Source: Nocardioidaceae bacterium (GTDB lineage: Bacteria; Actinomycetota; Actinomycetes; Propionibacteriales; Nocardioidaceae). From it: a stretch of DNA of 36,829 nucleotides. The stretch covers positions 1 through 36,829 of the forward strand of contig JALDXR010000001.1 of the NCBI GenBank assembly GCA_032154865.1, read 5' to 3'. The notes beneath the pieces were generated by a model, which had not been told where the DNA came from, made no database searches, and saw only the letters and a list, made by a program, of their open reading frames with translations. Numbering within the stretch: position 1 is the stretch's first letter; each line of letters starts with the position of its first letter. Positions 16,831 through 23,950 of the stretch are shown piece after piece. The translations under genes were made by a program, and so were the position numbers.

Positions 16831-17068
16831 CGGCTCGGGCACGCCGCCCGAGGACCAACGCCACACCAACTTCTACACCACGATCACCGACGCCCAGGGA
16901 GCGATCGAGGAGCTGTTCTCCTCGGACCCCGAGGTCGACCAGTTCTTCCATCTCAAGGCCGTTGACTCCCTCGTCGTCGACAACACGGCGGCCATCGAGA
17001 CCGAGAAGTCAGCGTTGCGCGTCGCCGACGGTCTCGACCCGACGACAGCACCCGAACCGGCGCCATAG
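16742..17068 (+). CDS. hypothetical acidic protein
   Basis: In the 89-nt overlap with ruvC, this frame carries the high GC3. 108 aa. Confidence 0.6.
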   Translation: MAHLNVSLDFDSVSEQATGSGWRVIDWLDDGSGTPPEDQRHTNFYTTITDAQGAIEELFSSDPEVDQFFHLKAVDSLVVDNTAAIETEKSALRVADGLDPTTAPEPAP

Positions 17069-17107
17069 CCAGCGCCTGATCAGGGCCAACAGCTACTGTC
17101 GTGGGAC

Positions 17108-17428
17108 ATGACCCAGGTTGAGACGGAGGTCGTGCCCGCGGTCGTTGAGCTGCACGTGCGCGGGGGATCCGACTGCCGGCAGATGGCCGGGTTGATCGGC
17201 AAGCGCATCTCCGAGGGCATCGACCGTGTGTCTCTGCGCTGCGTCGGTGCGGCGGCGGTGAACCAGGGCATCAAGGCCGCTGCCATCGCCCGGCGGTTCG
17301 CTGCGCTCGAAGGGGTCGATCTGCGGGTGTCGCCGCGGTTCACCACGGCCAAGCCGATCCGTCCGCACCGCTCGGGCCAGGCCGACAGCATCACCGTGAC
17401 TGTGCTCGACGTGGAGGTGGTGCCGTGA
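17108..17428 (+). CDS. spoVS: SpoVS-family protein
   Basis: VELHVRGGSDCRQMAGLIGKRISEG..RVSLRCVGAAAVNQGIKAAAIARRFAALEGVDLRVSPRF aligns colinearly, from memory, with Bacillus SpoVS (LKVSAKS.PNSVAGALAGVLRE..AEIQAIGAGALNQAVKAVAIARGFVAPSGVDLICIPAF). Confidence 0.75.
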   Translation: MTQVETEVVPAVVELHVRGGSDCRQMAGLIGKRISEGIDRVSLRCVGAAAVNQGIKAAAIARRFAALEGVDLRVSPRFTTAKPIRPHRSGQADSITVTVLDVEVVP

Positions 17429-17691
17429 CGATCCAATCCCGCCGGCTCGTACGTCAGGAGCAGCAGCGGACCCAGGCCTCGATCTGGAGTGACCACCTCG
17501 CCGAGACCCGCGATCGCGAGGCGCTCGCGAAGAAGCCCCGCTCTCAAGGTGCGTGGTCCGCCGAGCAGGCTCGCCTCGGGTCGTGGCGCACCGGGGTCGG
17601 CGGCTTCCAGATGATGGGCCGCACGCCCGGCTTCGTCGTCGGCCAGTCGGATCCGCTGTACCAACAGAACGAGGATGAGGAAGAGCAGTAG
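17425..17691 (+). CDS. hypothetical protein
   Basis: GTGA overlap at the start. 88 aa with an acidic C-terminus NEDEEEQ. Confidence 0.55.
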   Translation: MTIQSRRLVRQEQQRTQASIWSDHLAETRDREALAKKPRSQGAWSAEQARLGSWRTGVGGFQMMGRTPGFVVGQSDPLYQQNEDEEEQ

Positions 17692-18179
17692 TGCCTGCTC
17701 CACATCAGCGCTCCTTCTCGAACTGGCAGGACCTGTGGTCGATGTTCACCGGCAACGGGCCCAACCCGGGTCCGATGCCGCACATCCGCGACGCCCTGGA
17801 CGCCGAGCGCCTCTCGTGGCGGCACACCCCGGAGGCGATGTTCCCCGACGGGTACCTCGGCACCGTCGGTGGCCGGCGTACCGGGGACAACGTCCGCACT
17901 GCCATCTGGCGTGACACGAGGTCGTACACCAGAGGTGTGCACAAGGGTGAGCGCCTCGACCTCTCCAGCTACTTGTGGCCCGAGGAGTTCCATCCGTTGT
18001 CGGGGATCATCAATGAGGCCTACACCGGGTTGCGGTTCGCTCCGCCGGCGTACGGCCACGAGCCCGTGGTGCTCACCAACGAGGGCAAGCCCGGGCCTCA
18101 CGAGATCGGCACACCGGTGGAGATCGACGACTCGGCGTGGCCGGATCGACTGTCCAAGTTCCTGCCGGCATGGAAGTGA
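17691..18179 (+). CDS. hypothetical protein
   Basis: GTG overlaps the upstream TAG by 1 nt. 162 aa, GC3-rich. Confidence 0.6.
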   Translation: MPAPHQRSFSNWQDLWSMFTGNGPNPGPMPHIRDALDAERLSWRHTPEAMFPDGYLGTVGGRRTGDNVRTAIWRDTRSYTRGVHKGERLDLSSYLWPEEFHPLSGIINEAYTGLRFAPPAYGHEPVVLTNEGKPGPHEIGTPVEIDDSAWPDRLSKFLPAWK

Positions 18180-18189
18180 GAGGAGCGCG

Positions 18190-18483
18190 ATGCCCAGAGG
18201 ACGCGACACCAGGCATGACCCTCGACGTCAGGTGACGTCGTGGACAGGGAGTTTCGATCTCGCCACAGGGGATCTCTACGACGCGGGCGGGAAGCCTGTC
18301 GCCGGCCCAGCTGCCAAGCGGGCGTCGGAAGAGCAGCGGCTGGCGGCAGAGAACCAGTCGTGGGAGGAGTGGCACGCACAGCATGAAGCGAACATGCAGG
18401 CTGCCAAGAAGGGGGCGGAGTTCGACGCCGCTCAGGAAGCGTCGGCGCGAGCCCGACATCAAGACCTATTCCCAGAGGGGTGA
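18190..18483 (+). CDS. hypothetical protein
   Basis: ATG follows GAGAGGAGCGCG. 97 aa with a helical, charged C-terminal half. Confidence 0.6.
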   Translation: MPRGRDTRHDPRRQVTSWTGSFDLATGDLYDAGGKPVAGPAAKRASEEQRLAAENQSWEEWHAQHEANMQAAKKGAEFDAAQEASARARHQDLFPEG

Positions 18484-18486
18484 CCG

Positions 18487-18678
18487 ATGAGCAATGACGA
18501 TGAAGATCAGGGCGATGAGGTCGAGTTCATCGAGGAGGAAGACGAGGACGATCTCGACGACGATGAGCTGGACGAGGACGACGAGCTGCCCGACGACGTC
18601 GATCCCGACGACATCCCTGAGAAGTTCGAGGGGCCCGAGCTTCACGACGAGCGGGGGATACCGGAGGGTGCTGACTGA
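18487..18678 (+). CDS. hyper-acidic small protein (candidate DNA mimic)
   Basis: 63 aa, roughly half Asp/Glu (DDEDQGDEVEFIEEEDEDDLDDDELDEDDELPDDVDPDD) and only one basic residue before the C-terminal 10 aa. It is coupled to the endolysin start (TGATG). Confidence 0.7.
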   Translation: MSNDDEDQGDEVEFIEEEDEDDLDDDELDEDDELPDDVDPDDIPEKFEGPELHDERGIPEGAD

Positions 18679-19403
18679 TGGCGACCACCTTCCCCTACGG
18701 CTACAAGCCTGACGCCTCCGGCACCCTGGGCATGGGCACCAGGCTGACCAGAGCCCAGCTCGAATCGATGACCACCATCGCCAGGATGGACCCCGAGTGC
18801 TGGCGCCGGCACATCGCGATGTACGAGGAGGCTGCTCGTCAGGGCGTGCCACTCGGCCCCGGCACCGGCTGGCGGATCCAACCCAACCCACCGCCGGCGG
18901 GCTTCGCTCCCCCGGGCAACAGCAATCACGAGGGCTTCATGGACGATGAAGCCGTCGCCATCGACAACGTCCCGGACAAGAGCTGGACTTGGATGCAGAA
19001 CAACTGCGCCAAGTTCGGATTGCGCACGTTCAGGGACGTGAACTCCGAGCCCTGGCACACCCAGCCGGCGGAGATCCCCGCCGGCCGCAACTGGCGCACC
19101 CAGCCGTGGGATCTCAAGCGGTTCAACCTGCCCGGCCCGCCGCCGCTCCCGAAGGTGCCGCGGCCCGTGCTCCGCAAGGGTGACAAGGGACTTGGTCCAC
19201 GCCGGCTGATTAACCTGACCAAGTTCTTCAAGTGGTACCCGCGTCGGTACATGGGCGACAAGAACGACGGTCTCTACGGTGACCGTCTGGTGCGTGGCGT
19301 GAGGAACATGCAGCGCGCACTGAAGGTGCCGGTCCATGGCACCTACGACCGGCGTACGGCTCGGGCGCTGCGCAACTTCCTCGTGGCGGTGAGCAAGCTG
19401 TGA
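18678..19403 (+). CDS. endolysin: LAS/M15-type zinc peptidase + PG_binding_1 domain
   Basis: NSNHEG...AVAID ... SEPWH zinc-ligand pattern. The C-terminus LRKGDKG...DGLYGDRLVRGVRNMQRALKVPVHGTYDRRTARALRNF matches the peptidoglycan-binding repeat. Confidence 0.85.
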   Translation: MATTFPYGYKPDASGTLGMGTRLTRAQLESMTTIARMDPECWRRHIAMYEEAARQGVPLGPGTGWRIQPNPPPAGFAPPGNSNHEGFMDDEAVAIDNVPDKSWTWMQNNCAKFGLRTFRDVNSEPWHTQPAEIPAGRNWRTQPWDLKRFNLPGPPPLPKVPRPVLRKGDKGLGPRRLINLTKFFKWYPRRYMGDKNDGLYGDRLVRGVRNMQRALKVPVHGTYDRRTARALRNFLVAVSKL

Positions 19404-19705
19404 GTACCGACGATCCATCGGCGTCACCTGTCCCGACGCCGCCTCCTGAACCCCCCTCGTTCACTCCGGTGCGTTCGTTGTGGGAACGGGAGCCGGTGCG
19501 GGTGATCAGTGCCGTGTTCACGCTCGTCGCCGCCATCAACGCTGTACTTCTCGGCGCTGGTGTCTACGACGGAGCGGTGGCCGGCATCATCACCGGCATC
19601 ATCGCCGCTCTGGCTGCGTTCACGCACGAGGTGGTCACCAGAGCTGAAGTCGTGCCGTTGAAGCCACTGGAGGACTTGGCCAAGGCCACACAACCTCCGG
19701 GGTAG
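19400..19705 (+). CDS. holin-like membrane protein (2 TM)
   Basis: GTGA overlap with the endolysin. TM segments VISAVFTLVAAINAVLLGAGV and AGIITGIIAALAAF. Confidence 0.6.
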   Translation: MSTDDPSASPVPTPPPEPPSFTPVRSLWEREPVRVISAVFTLVAAINAVLLGAGVYDGAVAGIITGIIAALAAFTHEVVTRAEVVPLKPLEDLAKATQPPG

Positions 19706-19708
19706 CGC

Positions 19709-20032
19709 ATGCCCCTGCCGAAGCCACCCATCTCCAACATGACGGAGTTCGTGGTCTTCTGCTTCGTCAGCCTCGTCGTCCTCGTCTTCTTCCTCTCCAC
19801 GGTCGGCATCTTCGTCGGCATCATCACCGACTCGACCTTCGACTTCACGCCGTTGGTCAATGCGATGACCGACATCCTCACCACCATCATTGGTGCACTG
19901 ATCGGCTACATCGCCGGCAAGGGTGAGGCTCAGGCGCGGGCGGCGGAGGAGAAGGCCAAGGAGGAAGCTCGGATTGCCGCTGAGAGGTCAGCGACGACGA
20001 AGGCGGCGGCGACTGAGCAGGATGGCGCCTGA
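19709..20032 (+). CDS. second holin-like or lysis-accessory membrane protein (2 TM + charged tail)
   Basis: TM segments [26 protein letters not shown] and [14 protein letters not shown], then a Lys/Glu/Ala-rich helix. Confidence 0.6.
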   Translation: MPLPKPPISNMTEFVVFCFVSLVVLVFFLSTVGIFVGIITDSTFDFTPLVNAMTDILTTIIGALIGYIAGKGEAQARAAEEKAKEEARIAAERSATTKAAATEQDGA

Positions 20033-21066
20033 TGGCGATGACTCCGAAGCACGGGCTGGGCGCCATCGCAGCGATGGTCGCGGTGATCGGCGCCGGCGTA
20101 GCGATGAGCTTGATCGGTGACGAGGCGAGCGGCTCGGGAGCGGTGTCGCCCACTACGGTCGAAGCTCCACCTGACTCCTCCGGTATCTCTGTTGGTCCTC
20201 CGGGACCGCCGGGGGAGCCGGGACTGCCAGGCGAAGACGGTCAGTCGATCGTCGGCCCTCCGGGCGAGCCCGGGGAGCGCGGTCCTCGCGGAGCTACAGG
20301 TAGCCCCGGTACTCCCGGTCTCGACGGCGTTGACGGCGTCGGTGTGCCTGGTGCGCCCGGCGCAACTGGGGCGACCGGCGCCACTGGGGCGACGGGGGCT
20401 CCGGGCGTGGGAACACCCGGTCCGCAAGGAGTGCCGGGCCCTCCAGGTCAGTCCATCGTTGGTCCGCCGGGGGCTGACGGGAGCGACGGCGCTCCCGGTG
20501 AGCGCGGACCTCGGGGACTGCCAGGTAGACCAGGAGCGCCAGGAGAATCAGTCCAAGGGCCGCCCGGAGAGCAAGGTCCGCCAGGTGAATCAGTCGTCGG
20601 ACCGCCGGGACCACAGGGTGAACAGGGTATCCCGGGCGCCGATGCCACCGATGCGCAGGTGGCCGCAGCTGTTGCTGCGCACTGCGCTCCGCTCAACGAC
20701 TGTGTCGGTGCGACCGGAGCTACGGGCCCGCAGGGTCCGCCCGGTACGCCGGCGGCGATCATCCCCTTCGTGCGCGGACTCGTCGCTGCCGACTGCACCA
20801 TCCTCGGCGGTTCAGGGTTCACGTGCACACAGCTCGGCACCGGGCGTTACCAACTCACCTGGGACACGCCGTTCGTGAACCGACCGACGCTGCTCGTGGC
20901 CAAGGGATTCACCAGTCCTGATGTCGACGCCGGCACCGGCGTGCAGCCGGGCGAGAGCATGGTCGTCGATGTGATCACCATCACTCAGGCGATCGTCGCC
21001 ACCGGCAGTGCGGCGGGCGTGCTGCAGAACTCGTCGTTCGGCTTCTTCGCCATCGGCACGCCATGA
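20032..21066 (+). CDS. membrane-anchored collagen-like protein with C-terminal beta-rich globular domain
   Basis: N-terminal [21 protein letters not shown]. About 150 aa of Gly-X-Y triplets. A roughly 110-aa C-terminal domain ([20 protein letters not shown]...). Confidence 0.9.
   Translation: MAMTPKHGLGAIAAMVAVIGAGVAMSLIGDEASGSGAVSPTTVEAPPDSSGISVGPPGPPGEPGLPGEDGQSIVGPPGEPGERGPRGATGSPGTPGLDGVDGVGVPGAPGATGATGATGATGAPGVGTPGPQGVPGPPGQSIVGPPGADGSDGAPGERGPRGLPGRPGAPGESVQGPPGEQGPPGESVVGPPGPQGEQGIPGADATDAQVAAAVAAHCAPLNDCVGATGATGPQGPPGTPAAIIPFVRGLVAADCTILGGSGFTCTQLGTGRYQLTWDTPFVNRPTLLVAKGFTSPDVDAGTGVQPGESMVVDVITITQAIVATGSAAGVLQNSSFGFFAIGTP
20194..20643 (+). repeat. Gly-X-Y triplet-coding region with four periodic G(Q/E)S(I/V)(V/Q)GPPG breaks
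   Basis: [24 protein letters not shown]... includes [16 protein letters not shown]. The breaks are QSIV, QSIV, ESVQ and ESVV. Confidence 0.9.
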
Positions 21067-21164
21067 ACCCATCGCCCCGAGCGATCATCTTCGGTGTATT
21101 TCTGGGCACGGTGCTGTGGGTCCTGTTCCTCTGGTGGCTGCGGTGGGCTCTGGGTCTCTTCTAA
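21063..21164 (+). CDS. 33-aa single-TM micro-protein (below the ORF-track length cutoff)
   Basis: ATG 21063 overlaps the TGA of the collagen-like gene (ATGA). Translation is [33 protein letters not shown], ending at TAA 21162-21164. Confidence 0.45.
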   Translation: MNPSPRAIIFGVFLGTVLWVLFLWWLRWALGLF

Positions 21165-21173
21165 CATCGGACC

Positions 21174-21554
21174 ATGCCTACGCCGGTGTCGCGGGATGCT
21201 GCTGCCGAGCTGCCGCAGTACTACTCCCGGCCGTGGCAGCTGAACCGGGAGTACTCCACCGATGCCGTGTTGGAGCTGGCGATGGTCCCGTCGGAGGTCA
21301 TCCGACAGCAGCAGTCGCAGGTTCCTCAGACGCTGTTCCCACCGCGCTACGGGTACCGCCAGGTTCCGCTCACGATCAACGATGTGTTGGCCACCGACCA
21401 GTGGGCGCCCAAGCGCCGGCAGTGGGTGTCGGGAGCCCGGGCGATGCCCGAGCCGGCGGTGCGCTACCCGGTGATCACCACTGAGGCGTCGGTGCAGCCG
21501 GCAGCGAGCACCAACCCTGTCATGGGCGGTTCCTCCTCCGGGCCGTCATGGTGA
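21174..21554 (+). CDS. hypothetical protein
   Basis: 126 aa, GC3-rich, no motif recognised. Confidence 0.6.
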   Translation: MPTPVSRDAAAELPQYYSRPWQLNREYSTDAVLELAMVPSEVIRQQQSQVPQTLFPPRYGYRQVPLTINDVLATDQWAPKRRQWVSGARAMPEPAVRYPVITTEASVQPAASTNPVMGGSSSGPSW

Positions 21555-21588
21555 GCACGTCCTGAACCCCCGGAGCTACGCTGCGGGC

Positions 21589-21849
21589 ATGGCGCTCGAA
21601 GTGGATCGCTCGATGAACCACGAGCTGCTCAGGGGCACGCTCGATGGCACGGTGAGGATGCTGCGGCCCAATGCCGCCAACGCCGAGTACGTCTTCGCCC
21701 AGAACCGTGCAGCGTTGCTGCACTCCCTGCACTACGGCACGCTCGGGCTCGCCGGCGAGACGAGCCCGCGGATCAACGAGGCCTCGCCGTTCAACGGTTG
21801 CCCGACCGGTTACGGGCCGACCAAGCCCAAGCGCCCAGTTCGTAAGTGA
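21589..21849 (+). CDS. hypothetical protein
   Basis: 86 aa. TACGCT lies 6 nt upstream of the ATG and CCGGAG further upstream. Confidence 0.55.
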   Translation: MALEVDRSMNHELLRGTLDGTVRMLRPNAANAEYVFAQNRAALLHSLHYGTLGLAGETSPRINEASPFNGCPTGYGPTKPKRPVRK

Positions 21850-21858
21850 ACAACGCTG

Positions 21859-22083
21859 ATGTCTTGGCAGCGCGCCTGGGACTACGAGGAGGCCGAGCGT
21901 CGTGTCGCCGAGGATGAGGGCTACGACGATCGTGACCGTCCGTCACGGGCGGAGCTGGAGGAGGACGACCGCCGCGATCGGGTGCTCTCCCGGGAGCAGT
22001 TCACTACCCGCGAAGGCAACGAGCCCACGATCGAGGACCGGATGGAGCGCAACGCCTGGAGCATGATCGACGAGCCTGACTGA
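21859..22083 (+). CDS. hypothetical acidic protein
   Basis: 74 aa rich in Asp/Glu/Arg. Its stop overlaps the next ATG (TGATG). Confidence 0.55.
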   Translation: MSWQRAWDYEEAERRVAEDEGYDDRDRPSRAELEEDDRRDRVLSREQFTTREGNEPTIEDRMERNAWSMIDEPD

Positions 22084-22958
22084 TGACGATCCGGGCCAAG
22101 ATCTACCGCGGCGAGGTGCGGCACATCTATCCGACGCCCGACTACCCGGACCCGGCGAAGGCAGCGCGCACAGACCCTCAGGGTCTGATCGAGCACTGGA
22201 TGTCGGGCAGTCATCCGTACACCCCGGAGCAGGGTCGCGGTGTTTGGACGAAACACCCCGAGACGGGGGAGCTGTACCTCGGTCCGTCCAACAAGATCAC
22301 CACCGGTGTGCACTGGTCGTACTCACCGCAGTCGATCCCCGAACGGTTCACCGAAGGTGTCTTCAAGAATCCGCAAGAGGGTGTGCCGTTGCCCAAGCGG
22401 GACGTCAACCTCATGCGTGCCCACGAGGCGGTGGAGGACTGGGAGTACGGCGGCTACGAGGCGGCTCGGCAGGCGCACTACGAAGCCAAGGAACGTGGCG
22501 AGATCGACTGGCACGAGAGCTTCGAGGAGCCGGCGCACATCACCAGGGCCAGGGCGATGGTCCAGCGCCGTGGCGAGATGTACCGGGATCTCAGCGCCGA
22601 GGGGACGACGGGCAAGCCGTACAAGATGGCTGTGGTCTGGCATGGGACGCACCCGGGCAGGGAGCACGAGGACCCGAACAATCCGACGACCAACTACGAG
22701 GACGAGATCAATTTCCGCTCGGGCACCAACGTTCCGATTCACGCCATGCGCTTCTCCGTCCCGGAGTCTGGGATCACCACGTACGAGCAGAAGATCTGGC
22801 ATCCGACGCCGGGGATCGTGAAGGCCGGCGAGTTCAAGGGGTGGCATACCTCAGGCTTCGGTGTCGTCAACGAGCGAGGGTTCGTGCCGTGGAACGTCGC
22901 CCAGTTCAAGAATGTTGATCTTCCGGTCGAAGGGCAACGCAAGTACTGGAGAGTCTGA
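22083..22958 (+). CDS. hypothetical protein; weak R-S-E (ADP-ribosyltransferase-like) motif resemblance
   Basis: 291 aa. IYRGE (R9), HWSYS (S79/S81), and NYEDEINFRSGTNVPI (E206/E208). The last resembles the ExE-hydrophobic-x-x-x-G-S/T strand of R-S-E ARTs. The spacing is atypical. Confidence 0.7.
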   Translation: MTIRAKIYRGEVRHIYPTPDYPDPAKAARTDPQGLIEHWMSGSHPYTPEQGRGVWTKHPETGELYLGPSNKITTGVHWSYSPQSIPERFTEGVFKNPQEGVPLPKRDVNLMRAHEAVEDWEYGGYEAARQAHYEAKERGEIDWHESFEEPAHITRARAMVQRRGEMYRDLSAEGTTGKPYKMAVVWHGTHPGREHEDPNNPTTNYEDEINFRSGTNVPIHAMRFSVPESGITTYEQKIWHPTPGIVKAGEFKGWHTSGFGVVNERGFVPWNVAQFKNVDLPVEGQRKYWRV

Positions 22959-22976
22959 GACCTACAGTGTCGATGC

Positions 22977-23507
22977 ATGCGGCTCGCCACGTGCTTCTCC
23001 TGCAAGACGATCACCAAGCTCTCTGACTTCGAGGGCAAGAACCCGGACCACGACGTCGTCCTGCAGGACTGGATCGATCGGCACCTCCACGGCATCCCGC
23101 TCGACGAGATCCCCGGGCCGCGGCACCCAGGTGCACGCACCATCGCTGTCGATATGCCCGACATCACGCGCTCGGAGAAGTTCCTCGCCATGCCGATCGA
23201 GGACCAGGAGCGGGCGCTGGAGCGCATCGGCGGTGAAGCGGTGATCAGCCTGCAGTCAGAGCTGCTCCGGCAGACCCAGCAGGTGTTCGAGTACCGCGAC
23301 GACCTCCGCGAGGAGGCGGCCAAGTGCTACCTGGCGCACGGCTCGCCGAGCTATCCGGGTCGTGGATGCATCGACTTCCGGGACGACTCCAAGCGAGTCG
23401 GGCGCACTCAGGTGCCCGCGAAACTGCAGAAGTACCTCTGCCACTTCTGCCCATACTCATCAACGATCATGGTCGAGTTGCGCCGGCGAAAGGGCGCGTA
23501 TCGATGA
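22977..23507 (+). CDS. hypothetical protein with split CxxC pairs
   Basis: CFSC at the N-terminus and CHFC near the C-terminus. 176 aa. TACAGT lies 8 nt upstream of the ATG. Confidence 0.65.
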   Translation: MRLATCFSCKTITKLSDFEGKNPDHDVVLQDWIDRHLHGIPLDEIPGPRHPGARTIAVDMPDITRSEKFLAMPIEDQERALERIGGEAVISLQSELLRQTQQVFEYRDDLREEAAKCYLAHGSPSYPGRGCIDFRDDSKRVGRTQVPAKLQKYLCHFCPYSSTIMVELRRRKGAYR

Positions 23508-23950
23508 TGACGATCGCCGTACTCCTCGACGGGCTCTTGGTCGAGAACGTCGCCACCCTCCCCAACGCCGACCCGATCCCCGCCGCCCTGCGGTTCGTCC
23601 GCATGTTCGGCGGCTACAGCCGGGTGCTCATCGTGACGGCGGCGCCGGCGGAGATCGACGACGACACGATCCGCAACTGGGTCCGGCAGTACAACATCCC
23701 GATGACCGACCTCGTTCGCCTGGAGCCCCACCCCGCCGTGCGCAACGAGGACTTGATTCTGTCCGCCGCCGGGTACCGGGCGACGGTACTTGGTCTCTAC
23801 GTTGTGGCGTACCCTTACGACGTCGAGTACATGGCCGCCCACGGCGTGCCGACGGTCGCCTTCGCCCACGCCGACCCGGTGATCGACTACCGCCCCGAGC
23901 GCGGTCTGACGTGGGCCAGCTACGGGCGGAGTCAGGAGGCTGACGAGTGA
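23504..23950 (+). CDS. HAD/NT5C-like fold protein lacking the nucleophile Asp (tentative)
   Basis: ATGA overlap at the start. The N-terminus IAVLLDGLLVEN resembles the 5'(3')-deoxyribonucleotidase motif I, recalled as IAVDMDGVLAD, but the first Asp is Leu. Confidence 0.55.
   Translation: MMTIAVLLDGLLVENVATLPNADPIPAALRFVRMFGGYSRVLIVTAAPAEIDDDTIRNWVRQYNIPMTDLVRLEPHPAVRNEDLILSAAGYRATVLGLYVVAYPYDVEYMAAHGVPTVAFAHADPVIDYRPERGLTWASYGRSQEADE

Noticed and set aside
20194-20643. Short-period nucleotide repetition that could be mistaken for a tandem-repeat or CRISPR-like array.
   Set aside because: The period is 9 nt or multiples of it, in frame, encoding Gly-X-Y collagen triplets. There is no spacer-repeat organisation and no cas genes apart from a stand-alone Cas4-like exonuclease in the recombination module.
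22240-22918. Two alternative + frame ORFs (22240-22821 and 22244-22918) overlapping 22083-22958.
   Set aside because: Both are Arg/Ser/Thr/Pro-rich with poor GC3 relative to the 22083 frame. They are shadow frames.
17094-22969. Additional TANNNT hexamers 6-8 nt upstream of start codons: TACTGT at 17094, TACGCT at 21577 and TACAGT at 22962.
   Set aside because: They may be further short-leader or leaderless promoters. However, they lack recognisable -35 elements and any shared flanking block. A single hexamer in a short gap can occur by chance, so they are not called as features.
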